A stretch of DNA of 58,011 nt. Origin: a virus (lineage: Duplodnaviria > Caudoviricetes). A model generated the notes under the pieces. That model searched no databases, was not told the DNA's origin, and saw only the letters and a list, made by a program, of their open reading frames with translations. Shown here piece by piece: positions 1-10,800 of this stretch (position 1 is the stretch's first letter; each line of letters starts with the position of its first letter). The stretch lies in IMG/VR virus record IMGVR_UViG_3300037048_000031, positions 1 to 58,011 of that record, one strand, 5' to 3'. The translations under genes and the position numbers were made by a program.

Positions 1-127
1 GGCCGATGAATCCTGAATGGGTGAGATCGGTAAGAGATCAATGTGAGCAGGCAGGAGTGCCGTTCTTTTTTAAGAGTTGGGGGAAACATACCCCTGAATT
101 AAAAACAAGGCTCGGCCATGCTTATGA
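1..127. repeat. Terminal direct repeat, copy 1 (identical to 57885..58011); circular-assembly overlap
   Basis: ggccgatgaatcctg...catgcttatga occurs at both ends. The DUF5131 reading frame runs in frame across the junction. Confidence 0.97.
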
Positions 128-230
128 CGCCCTTATCGGGGGGATGCCCGGAGGATTTGAAATAAGAAACAATAAACGGCTTTTGGATGGCAGAACCCAT
201 GACGATTTACCTTGGCACAAAACAACGTGA
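1..230 (+). CDS. C-terminal part of the DUF5131 (phage Gp37/Gp68-like) protein that starts at 57245 and spans the origin
   Basis: RPMNPEWVRSVRDQCEQAGVPFFFKSWG...LLDGRTHDDLP is the typical C-terminus of this family. Confidence 0.9.
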   Translation, partial: PMNPEWVRSVRDQCEQAGVPFFFKSWGKHTPELKTRLGHAYDALIGGMPGGFEIRNNKRLLDGRTHDDLPWHKTT

Positions 231-252
231 GGGGTAAAGAGGGTTTAATGTA

Positions 253-507
253 ATGGAAATATCCCGACCTGACATAGCCGCTATTGCGGAAATAGTTTCC
301 CGCGAGGTCCAGGGAAATCTTGCGGCCCTATCCGCCGGAAGATGGCTTACCCTTCCGGAAGCTATGAAGTATGCCAAGGTTAAATCCCCGAACACTATCC
401 GCAAATGGATCGCGGAGGGCTATATTTACGCATCCAAACGTACAGGCCAATGGATAGTTGACAAGGAAAGCATCGACGATTGGTTTTTAAGCGAAAAGGA
501 CTCTTGA
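253..507 (+). CDS. xis: Excisionase / HTH_17 DNA-binding protein
   Basis: WLTLPEAMKYAKVKSPNTIRKWIAEG...GQWIV winged-HTH pattern, immediately upstream of the integrase. Confidence 0.8.
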   Translation: MEISRPDIAAIAEIVSREVQGNLAALSAGRWLTLPEAMKYAKVKSPNTIRKWIAEGYIYASKRTGQWIVDKESIDDWFLSEKDS

Positions 508-508
508 T

Positions 509-1558
509 ATGCAGCCTCTTCTTCGGTATAAACAACGCATGGCATTTTTATATAAGCGACTGAGCAATAATAGATACTATGCCCAATGGCAGGAGGGCGG
601 GAAAACCAGGCGGCACTCACTCGGCACCGGAGACGAAAGGATCGCCAAAACAAGATTCAATAATTTTAATCGGAGCTTGATTGCCGGCAAGATAAAACCT
701 ATTGCAGAGGGTGTCGTTCTCTCGCTGTCAGAATATTCCAAAGAGTTTATGCTGCACATCGAGGCCACAACATCTGACTCGACATATATATTATATGATA
801 TAGCCTTGAGAAAGGCCCTGTCCTCCTGGGGAGATATCCCTCTTCCGCATATCTCCTTGCGCCACATTGACCGCCTGATCGACGATATGCGCCACACCGG
901 GCTATCCACGCCCACCATAAACAAAAACCTTCGCCATATTAAAGCAGCCCTGAAAAAAGCCTACGAATGGGAATACCTCAAAAACCCTGTAAGATTTCCC
1001 AGGATGCTCAAAGAGACGGAACGATTACGGTTTTTATCTGTGGAACAGTTGAGGGCTTTAATGGGGAAGATCGACGATCTTGAATTCGCTGATTTTTGCC
1101 TCCTGTCCTGCTACACGGCACTGAGGTCCGGAGAGCTCATAAGATTACAATGGTTCGACATCGATAACCCCGACGGATATGTACGCATATCCCAGGAGCA
1201 GAAAAATAAGACGGAAGCCAGGATTCCAATCAACGAGAACGCGAGGGCGATTCTGGACCGCTGCAGGGAAAGGGGTGGTAAAAAGGTGTTTCGTTTCGCC
1301 TGCCGTACATGGATAAGCCAGAAGTTTAAGATATATGCCGTACTCGCCGGTTTATCCGATGCCAGATTCCATGATTTACGGCATACATTCGGGGCAACCC
1401 TCACAATGGCCGGCGGAGACTTAAGGGCGATTCAGGGATTAATGCGACATAGATCGATAACAAGCACCATGATCTACGCAAAAGTGTCTCCGGAACACTT
1501 AAAAGAGGTATCCGGAAGACTGAATTTCGGGCCGCTGCCGGTTGGAAAAAAGGGTTGA
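509..1558 (+). CDS. int: Tyrosine integrase
   Basis: Catalytic motifs TALRSGEL, FHDLRHTF, LMRHRSITSTMIY. SD AGGA precedes the ATG at 509. Confidence 0.95.
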   Translation: MQPLLRYKQRMAFLYKRLSNNRYYAQWQEGGKTRRHSLGTGDERIAKTRFNNFNRSLIAGKIKPIAEGVVLSLSEYSKEFMLHIEATTSDSTYILYDIALRKALSSWGDIPLPHISLRHIDRLIDDMRHTGLSTPTINKNLRHIKAALKKAYEWEYLKNPVRFPRMLKETERLRFLSVEQLRALMGKIDDLEFADFCLLSCYTALRSGELIRLQWFDIDNPDGYVRISQEQKNKTEARIPINENARAILDRCRERGGKKVFRFACRTWISQKFKIYAVLAGLSDARFHDLRHTFGATLTMAGGDLRAIQGLMRHRSITSTMIYAKVSPEHLKEVSGRLNFGPLPVGKKG

Positions 1559-1567
1559 TAAGTGCGT

Positions 1568-1790
1568 AAAATCAGACCAAAATCCGAGCACCGTATTACA
1601 ACTTATTGAAATCACACGCCAACGAAAAGTATTTTAAGTCCCTTGCGTCTACCTATTCCGCCACCCAGGCTAGAGTGCTAAATCACTATGTTTTTACGGG
1701 CTTTTTGCTCGTACCGCCATAAGCGTCAAACCATCAAAACCAGTCAAAAACAGTCAAACAAACGTACAAAATCAGGCCAAAATCAGTACA
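1568..1790. other. attP region: tRNA-derived core flanked by putative arm-type integrase-binding repeats
   Basis: AAAATCAGACCAAAATC at 1568 and AAAATCAGGCCAAAATC at 1768; CAGTCAAA at 1741 and 1751. The region is non-coding and lies directly downstream of int. Confidence 0.75.
1631..1670 (-). tRNA. 5' half of a tRNA-Leu(UAA) gene (att core; not a complete tRNA)
   Basis: Minus strand reads GCCTGGGTGGCGGAATAGGTAGACGCAAGGGACTTAAAAT: acceptor 5' strand, D-arm, anticodon 5' strand and loop CT-TAA-AA. No T-arm or 3' half follows. Confidence 0.88.
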
Positions 1791-1830
1791 GTTTTACTAT
1801 CCCGTCTTTTAGAAAAAGGCAATATAAAAT

Positions 1831-4800
1831 TTATTCAGTAGCCGCCTTTCTCGCCCTTGGGTCTCTATATGTATCAACATAATGCCTCTTATACCACTCG
1901 CTTGCTATAAGAAGGGTCTGTTTCTGTTCAGGCGTTAACGTCTCTCTGAACTTTCTACGGTCCCGTCCTCCCAAAGACGCCAGCGGATCAGCACGTTTAA
2001 TGCTCGTCCTGATATTTTTCCACTTTCCGCCAGCTTCCTCATATTTTTTGAGGTATCTCTGGGCCGCGTCAAAGTCTCCATATTTCAAGGCTTGTTTATA
2101 ATAATATAGATTGTTGGCCCTGCCGGTCGGCATAGTTACCGGCTTTTCTTTACCGTTTTTCTCCAACCAATCAAAGACGTCTTTACGGATTGTATAATAT
2201 GCCTGCTCCCCTGGGTCCGCTTCATATAATAGCATTCCCTCGATGTCTCTTAATAGTTGGCTTTCCCATGAACCGCCTTTTCTTGGTTTGCCTGCGGCCA
2301 TATTGTAAAGTTTATCGAGAGAGAATGTCCTCAAAATGTGCTCTGTGGTATCTCTTATCGGCCGAGGATGCAGCGGATCGGGATAGAACCCCTGCCCGGA
2401 TAATGTTTCAAACAACAATTTTGCCTCTGGCCTAAGCCCTTGAAATAATTTCAATAGCCATCCAAAGCCAACATCCTTTGTCAGTTCGCCAGAACCCTTT
2501 TCACCTTTATAGACTTCCTTTATCTGTTCTACCGGGTTACTCATGCCAAACCAGGCAAGCGCGTCCGAAAGTGCGCCCTGGAATCTAATCGTAACAATCG
2601 ATCCATCTTTTCGGCGATAAAGGATTAAATGAAGCTGTTCCCTGCCCGATCTTTGGAGCTCTCTTTCTTCTTTCGGGAACATGGCCGCGTTCCACATCAT
2701 AACCATGCCCATAAGCGCAGAGGCTTTAAGCGCCAACTTCGTTCCCTTCCATGCAAACGCTGTTGCTGCGCCGCCATATTTCCACTTTTTATCGCTGCCC
2801 TCATGCTTCATATTTTTGAGCAATCTGACATACCTGGGAGCGTTTATTTCAGCCCATGAAAAGAACGGGATCAATCTTTTGCGAACCCATTGACCGGCAT
2901 GGCTTATATTCCCATAGTCCCCAACAAGTTCCCTCGCCAGTTTCGCGGCCTTTTCGCTCTTGTCCTCTATTGGATCAACTTCGGTCTTCCTCGAGGCGCC
3001 GTAAACCAACTCACCCTTGTTCAATTTGTCCAGAAAATACCTGTATGCAGCCAATCGGAGGATATTTTCTCGAAGAGTTGAGAGCTGCTTATTCATATTA
3101 TACCATCTGGTCAGGGCGTTTTTCGATTTACCGTCAAAGAAATCAACAAGACCCTTGATGGATTCAACCCCGCTTAATTCAGGTATATCTATATTAGTCA
3201 TACCGGAACCTATAACGCCGAGCTTATTCATTTCAGACAGATCATCCAGGAGGGAAGAAGCAGCTTTGCCCCTCGATGCCGCAACCAGATCTTTAAAAGC
3301 GGGCCTGAAATAGTTCCAAACTATTTTCGGATCATAAGCAAGGCAGATGTCAAGATCGCCACTCATATTATTAAGATTATATTTGATAACTCTATATGGA
3401 TTCATAAGCACCCATTGTTTCCACACGGAAAGCATATCTGCCGAGATCCGTTCCGGGAGCGATCCCTCTATCGCCGGCCTGAAATCGTTGAGTGTTTTTG
3501 ATATGCCTTTCTTTACAATCCATATTTCGTCATAACCGCGAACCAGCTCGCGTTTGATAACGTCGTTTAAATCCTTTTTCCCTGAAACAACCATGGAAAG
3601 AGCTTGATCCGTCATAGTGTTTGCAAAAAAGAAAGCGCTCCTCGCCTCTGGTTTATGGGCTTCGTATCCTTCTGGAATTAAATCGTTATAAGTAACCCAA
3701 TCTTTCCCGACAACCTGTTTGATAAAGGCGTTTCTATCGACAATCGCTTTAAATATTGAAGCCGCCGGTCCCGATCCTGGGCCTCCGTGAGTCACAAGAT
3801 AGTTTAAAAGGGCGAACATTCTCGGATGGCTTTCGGGATTAAATTCCACTCCGTCCTGTTTTGATGCTTTACGGATCTCTGCCTGGTCCGCTATATGCTC
3901 AATAACGTCGTCAAACGACGAGGGGGCTTCGAGCGTTCCAGCAGCGACCATTTTACCGAGCTTGCTGTATCCTATGGCTATTTGTTGCTTGTACGGCGCC
4001 AGGGGATCTTCGAGGGGGTTAGTCATGGCCTTTTTGTAAAAGGTCTTCATGTTCTGATCTTTGGCCTGGGCTTCGAGCTCCGGCTTGATGTCTGCGGCGT
4101 CCTTGATCCTTTTGAGGGTTTTTACCGTCTCTATTTGTGTCAATGCCTGGGATATAACCTCGAATTCAGACTCAACGTATTCGGTGTTATAGTCGAGAGT
4201 TGATCCGACACGGCCTATCTGCCAGCCCTTCCGGTGGGTGCGGACATCCTTAGAAGCTATCCCCCAATTCGGATTTTCCTTGTAATTCATGTAATCCAAA
4301 ACTTGATGATGGAAATAAGACGCTGGATCTTTAGCTTTTTCCCCGTCAAGGAGATCGTGCTCGACAAGTTGATCCGTGAGAGACTTCATAAAAGAGTTCC
4401 GTTTTGCAAGAGCCTCTTTTATCGCCGGGTTATTATCGGCCAGATCTTTAAAGTTGTCCCTATCCTGCTGGACTTCTTCTTTGTTTTTATAACCAAAGGG
4501 TAGTTCCTGATCTTCTTCAATTTGAAGAGGCCCGCTGTCTAAGTCCCTCAACATATCAGGCAAAATGATATTCATGGTGAAAACGTGGCGGTCCCCAGGG
4601 GAGAGTTTTCCAACAAACTCTTCAAGTCTCCGGATCGTTTCATGCTTCGACCATCCCGGTACATCCTGGAATCTTCGGAAGATATCAATAACCTCACCAT
4701 CTGTTTTTGGGTCCAGGTGCGGGAAGTGTCGCGTAAAACTCTCCCATCCTGTAACAAGGGCGTCTTTGGTTTTGTCGGTTAATGAGGCGTATTTAATCCC

Positions 4801-7800
4801 CTTCGATTCTTCTAACCGTTTGTTGACTTCCGGGAATAGAGATCCAGGGGTTTCTTTGTTGCGTATGGAATATCGTTCGCCCTCTGCCTTCCTCATAGCG
4901 TCCAGTCTCTCGCCGTTACGCTCAAGAAGGGCCACTCGGTCAAGGACTTTCTGATCCCATATAACGTAGTTGTAAGTAATGCTTTTTCTTGAAAACTTCT
5001 CGGCTTCCGCCCTTGATTCAAATTTGAGCATCTTGCCGGTTGTATTATCCTGAACCCACAACTCCCCGTTAAGCTCATGGATTTTTAGCGGTACACGATC
5101 CCTGCTCATTTGGTCGAGATACTTGTTGCCGGGAATCCCTGCACGAGCAAGAAATTCAGAAACATTTTTATACGAGCCAAGCGTTTTTGAAAGAGAGGCG
5201 TATATTTTTTGCCCCGTTTCATTGCCGATAAGCCCGTGAATTTTACCCATTCCTGAATCTGACCAAATATCAGGGAGGTTCTCTTTCCGCATTTGAGTTA
5301 ATATTTTGACCCATATTTTTTTATCAGCGGGTTTATCCCAATCCAACAGCTTCGGGATTACGTCGTCGGGAATGTCGAGCTTGTAAAGAGAGGCCGCCTC
5401 TTTCCTTGTGAAAAAATCTTCTGGGAAGGTGACTCTTTTAGCATCAGAAACATCTATATCTTCCACTTTAGAATATCCGCCTAAAGTGTTTTGAAGTTCT
5501 GCTGCGTAGTCTTCCTCGGATGGAGTATTGTATGCAATATCTTTTATAGCCAACATAAATTCACGAGCTTGTTCCGGACTTATTTGCTTAAAAGATTTCC
5601 AACTATCCAATACTTCCTGGTTATATTCACGCTCTATTTTTTTATTAATACCGTCATGCGCCAGCCTTTCCCTATATTCCTTTCCGGTTCCTTCGGCCTC
5701 TGCACTATACCATCCCCACCCATAAGCCGCCGCCCCTTCGCCCGTTCCTGTTTTGTCGAGTCTCGGCCTGCCATGCGGAAAGCCTTTTTCGGGAGGCCAT
5801 ACATGAGGCGTTCCATGATACGTAACCATATATGTTTCGTTTTCTGGCGGGCCTCTTGCCTTTCTCGCCTCTTTTCCTGTCTGGCTTACCCTATCTATTG
5901 TTATCGGCGCAACCGTCTCGCCCTTTTTCAATCCGTCAGCCAGCTTTATCCCATACCGCGAATCAACGCCACTCTCCAAATCGGCGGCGAATTCTTCCAG
6001 CACATGCTTTGTCGAAAGCAAACGGGAGGGCGTACCAAAGTAGTACCAGCTTAATTTGTGCCGATACTTCCGGAAAGCCTCGGATTGCGTGTCTATTTTT
6101 TCCTGAGTTGTTTCGTTGCCCCTGGCGTGGCTGATTTCATGCAGTACGACATGCTTCAAGGTATCGCTGCCTTTCTCGCGCATCATATTCAGGAAAACGC
6201 GCCCGTCCCTGATAACCGCGTTTATGGTGTCGCTGGTATCTTTGACAGGAACAAGGTCAAGTCCATGCCCTTCTGAAATATCGCGCAATTCGGCAAATTC
6301 GGGGTCAGAATATCCTTCCGGATAGTGAGTTAGCCCCTGCCCTTTTTCACAGGCTTCTCGGAACGCGCTCGGTGCCTGAGGGTTTTTTGCAGAGACTTGT
6401 CTTTGGGCGTCCACTTGTCTCGCGTGTTCTTCTCGAACTTCGGGTAATACGCTTCCCCGTTCTCCGTTTTTATTCTCACCAACGGCTCTTCGTCCTTCAT
6501 TTGTTTTCCCTCCCTGTCCTTTAATAGAAAAAAACTCCATTTTGCCACCGGATGCGGTCTTCCTTAATACGATATCATCAAAACGATCCCCGGTTTTATC
6601 TACTGCCGTTATAAGGCCGAGCGAGGAACTATTCTGAAATCCGACAAGGTTTCGCAAGTCACTTTCAGAAAGGGTTTTATTTTTATCATACACAATAAAA
6701 CCGGCGGCGTTTCTTCTCTCCGCTTCTTTGAGCACGTCAAGATGTGACGGTTTTAATTTTGAGTAATCCGATATCTTTATTACGGCCAACGGATTGTTTT
6801 GGCCATTAATGAGAATGATGCCGCCGTCGGGAAGATGCTTGTCTCCGAATTCGGACAGCTTGATCTGATCTGTTATGCCAATAAGCCCTTCGGGGTGCTG
6901 ATCGAACTTTCTTCCAAGCACGTCAAACGAATGTACGGCCTTTCCCTTGGCGGGCATAACTCTGTCTGGTGTTCCAACTGACGAATAGTTTGCCGGAGTG
7001 ATAGCTATTACCGGCTGCACTCTTATTCCGGACTTGTCAAGCAGGCGGCCAATATTACTCCCGGCGGTTATGTCTTCGGGTGTCAACGTAGCTTTCCCGG
7101 AAGGATGGTTGTGTATCAGCCATGCGTTTTTGGCTCCCGGGACGTTTAATATCTGGCCTGATAAGATAGCTGGATATATTTGAGATACGCCCGTTCCACC
7201 GATGGAGTGCTGATTAATGGCAAGGATTTTGCCGGAATTATCTGTAACAAGCGAAATGAGGGTTTCTTGCGCGTCTGAACCTATATTGTCGCGGGCAATA
7301 ACGGCGGCGTCTTCAACGCTATTTATTGAGCTTCTTGAGGACTTCCATGTTCCGATAGGCTTGGAGCTGACTTCGGGGATCGTTCCGGAATCAGGTGTGT
7401 AGCTGGTTCGTCGTAGGTTCCGTCCACCGTCGGGTATCTCCCGTCCGCGTAATACGTCAACACCGGGCGATGCGTTGTCAGGCCGCAATTTTGGACCGGG
7501 TATTGTCGCACCGAACAGACTTCCTTGTTTTTCTTTTCGCTTTGGTTTTTCATCACCGAACAAGCTCCCCTGTTGTTCATTAATATAATCCTTCCCAGGT
7601 GTGCTTGTCAAGACTCCTTTTTCTGACATGGTGTAAGTCGGTAATTCGGTCTTGTTTTCGTATCCCGCCGTCGGCTCAGAAATGGAATCCGGTATGTTCT
7701 CTTTTAATTTAGTCGGTATGGTCATATTCACAATCGGGCGGTTTTTCGTAATGGCCGCGAGCGTGTCTATCCCGTTTTCAGTTGTCGGAATGAAATACCG

Positions 7801-10800
7801 GGTTTCATATTGTATGCGTTCCTGGAAAACTCCATGCTTGTCCAGCTCGGAAGTGTGTCGATAATCAGGACCGACGATCTCTATTCTGTTTTCTCCTGAT
7901 ACCCTTCTCCTAACAATCTTCCATCCGTTTGAAAGTTTTACCTGTACTCCATGGCCTAAAATCTGGCTGAAAACTTCTTCCGGAGATCTGTTTTGTTCGC
8001 TCGCAGATACGCCTAAATTTTCAAGAGTTTCTTTGAGAAATTCGGCAGGGATGTATCTCCCGATCATTCGCTCGCCATCGTCTGTCTGCAGGCGCATGAT
8101 CCTGCCGTATCCTTTGAGCCTATCCCATATTGGTAAAATTGTGCCCGTTATAATGTTTTCCCGGTATGTTATGGTTTTCGGGAGCGCTGCAAGCTCTCTG
8201 TCCCATAGGTCTTCGGCTTGCTCTCTTGTGAGATTGATATATCTTTCCGGATCTATAAGTTTATCCAGTTCAACATTATGGAACGTCCCGCCCGGCCCCC
8301 TTAACTGGTGGTAGCTCATAATCGCGCCGGTGTTAGGGTTTGTCTTGCTGCGCGATGCGCTGGCGCCCCAAATCTGGCCGCTTTTAATGTTTTGGTAGAA
8401 ACCCCAACCGCTGTAACTTATGCGAGCTTCATCAAAAGACAAAAGCCGGGCATCCTGGGTTACATCCAGCTCAACATAATTTGTTTTAGCTCCTGACTTA
8501 TCGACATAAACCGGCTTCTCGCTAACCTTTTTAATTCCCTTTGCTTTGAGAGTTTCGAGTCCGACGTCAAGATCCCCCCTTTCAAGCGCGGATCTGACGT
8601 TGGCATCCAGGCGAGCCGAAAAGTCTTCGAAGACCTCTGCTTGCTTATCGAGATTCATAGCAAGAAGACGGTTTAAAAACTGTGTGACAACCGGCATAGC
8701 GGTTTGATTCAATGCGCCCGTCTTCTTATCGACCAGGTTTTTAAGACCGGTTTGCTGCATGAATTCGCTCATTGTCATGCTGCTGCGCCCTCTGAATATA
8801 TCAAAGATCATGCTATTGAGGGCATCCTGGGCGTATTCGCTTTCAAGGTTGTCCCTCGCGGTAAAGAATCCGCCTGATCCTGTTTGCCTCTGTCCCTTGG
8901 TTAGTGCTCCTAACTGATCGAGGCGCCGGGCTATTGAGGATATGAATCTTTTCTGCCCTATAATATCAGTAGTGACAAGCACGTATTCGGGAGCCTGTTT
9001 CTGGCTCGATCTGTGGGTACGCCCGAATCCCTGAATTGCCCTGTCAGCTCTCCATCCTGCCTGTAATAGATAATGGCGCCTTAATCTTTGGTTCTTTGCT
9101 GCCAAGTCTGCGTGATAGGAGCGGCCGGTACCTCCTGCATAAGAGAATATAAGGATAGGTTTTTTGTCGTTCATAAAGGCGTCAGCGTCGCTCATGGTTT
9201 TTGATTTCGATCTGCGCTCGATAACTTTTACCTTGTTACCCTGGGCGTCTTTTCCATAAACAACTCTGCGGGTCCTGCCTGTTATTTCCGCAACCTTATC
9301 CGTTCCAAAATGGTCAAGAAGGATCTCCATAGGCCCGTCAATCCCTCTTATGCTTCCGAGCTTATCAAGCAATTCCTCTCTTTTCGCTACTGCATCTGCG
9401 TTTTCAACCGGGTTTCCAGCGCTATCGAGGACAGCGACATAGATAATATTCCCGTCGTCGTCTAACGATTCTTCGTATTGTGCAACCGGAAAACTGTTTC
9501 TGACATAATCCATTATCATTTCTTTAGGTGTCAGATCGAGATCTTCGAGGCAATCCTCTTCTTCCAGTTTTGCAAGCGCTCTTCCGGTCGCTGCCTCGTT
9601 TGTATTTACAATTTGTATAACAACCGCATGGCCATTTTTTAAATCCTTTTCAATAGAATTGACCACGGCGGGGGTTTGCATCGATGTAATTACCTGATTA
9701 AAGAATCGCTGTGATGATCCCCAAAATTGAGCGAGCGCTGCACCTTTGCTTTTCCCGTTTTTATCCCCGTTGGTTATTGCCAGGGCTGCTTCTACGTCTG
9801 CAAGGACCATCTGCCAGGCCCCGGCAAATTCGTCGTATTTTTCCCGTTGTTGAGGGGAAAGAAGGTGTTGAAGCGATTCGTATTTAACATCTTCATAAGA
9901 AAGGGAACGAGACAGGTATTGTCCCATGGCTTTCATATCTCTGGCGACAAGCTCCATGGCGGCGAGCCCACCAGATGATATCTGATTCACAAAGTCCCCC
10001 TTATTGGCAAACGGCGTTCCTTCACCCCATAGGCCGAGGCGATCCGCATAAGCCAGGTTCATAACTTCCGTTGCGCCGGTTGCAGATACATAAACAACCC
10101 TTGCGTTAGGTAGTTGGCGCTGCAGCTCGACGCCGGAAAGCGCTGTTTTAGACGGCTTCGACGTTCCTCTTTTGCCTCTAACCGCGAGAGCGTTACCCAT
10201 GTTGTGAGATTCATCGAACACGATAACCCCGTCGTAATCCTTCCCGAACCAATCAACAAGCTGTTTCAATCGGGAGTGTTCGGACGATACGCCCCTTCGT
10301 TTTTCGTCGGGGGTCTTCTGGCCCTCTGATTTCAATAGGGGATATCCAACAAAATAGACGCCCTTTTGTTTCTCCGGTATTTTGTTTGATACCTTTGTCT
10401 TGCTCAGATCTATTATTAGTTCGGGCTTCCATCCAATACCTTTTACATCTCTCTTGGCGTCTTCTATTAAAGGTGAGTTCTGTGATATCCAGATCGCTTT
10501 ATGCCGGCCCTGGTTCCAGTTATCAAGCAGGATGCCGCCGATTTCGCGGCCTTTCCCTACTCCGGTCCCGTCGCCTATAAAATAACCGCGCCGTGATCCG
10601 TTTTCGAGTGTTTGAGAATGGGCTTGACCGGCGTAAACGATTGACTCTAATTGAGCTGCGCTTAGCTTGCCGGTGTCAATGATGTCCTGGGCTATGCGAG
10701 GGGTATATTTAGGATCGGGAGGCTCAACGGCTGACATGGCCGCTGATTCGACAAGTTTACCCGGATGGATTTTGGCGCCCGCTATCTTTACCTTTTGAGG

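Noticed and set aside
1-127. Biological terminal repeat of the virion DNA
   Set aside because: 127 bp matches a common assembler k-mer length and the repeat falls mid-gene, so an assembly overlap is the better explanation.
1631-1670. Functional phage tRNA gene
   Set aside because: Only the 5' half is present, with no T-arm or 3' acceptor strand.
4572-5816. Same-strand alternate-frame ORFs at 4572, 4893 and 5634
   Set aside because: They overlap conserved main-frame domains and lack convincing SD sites.
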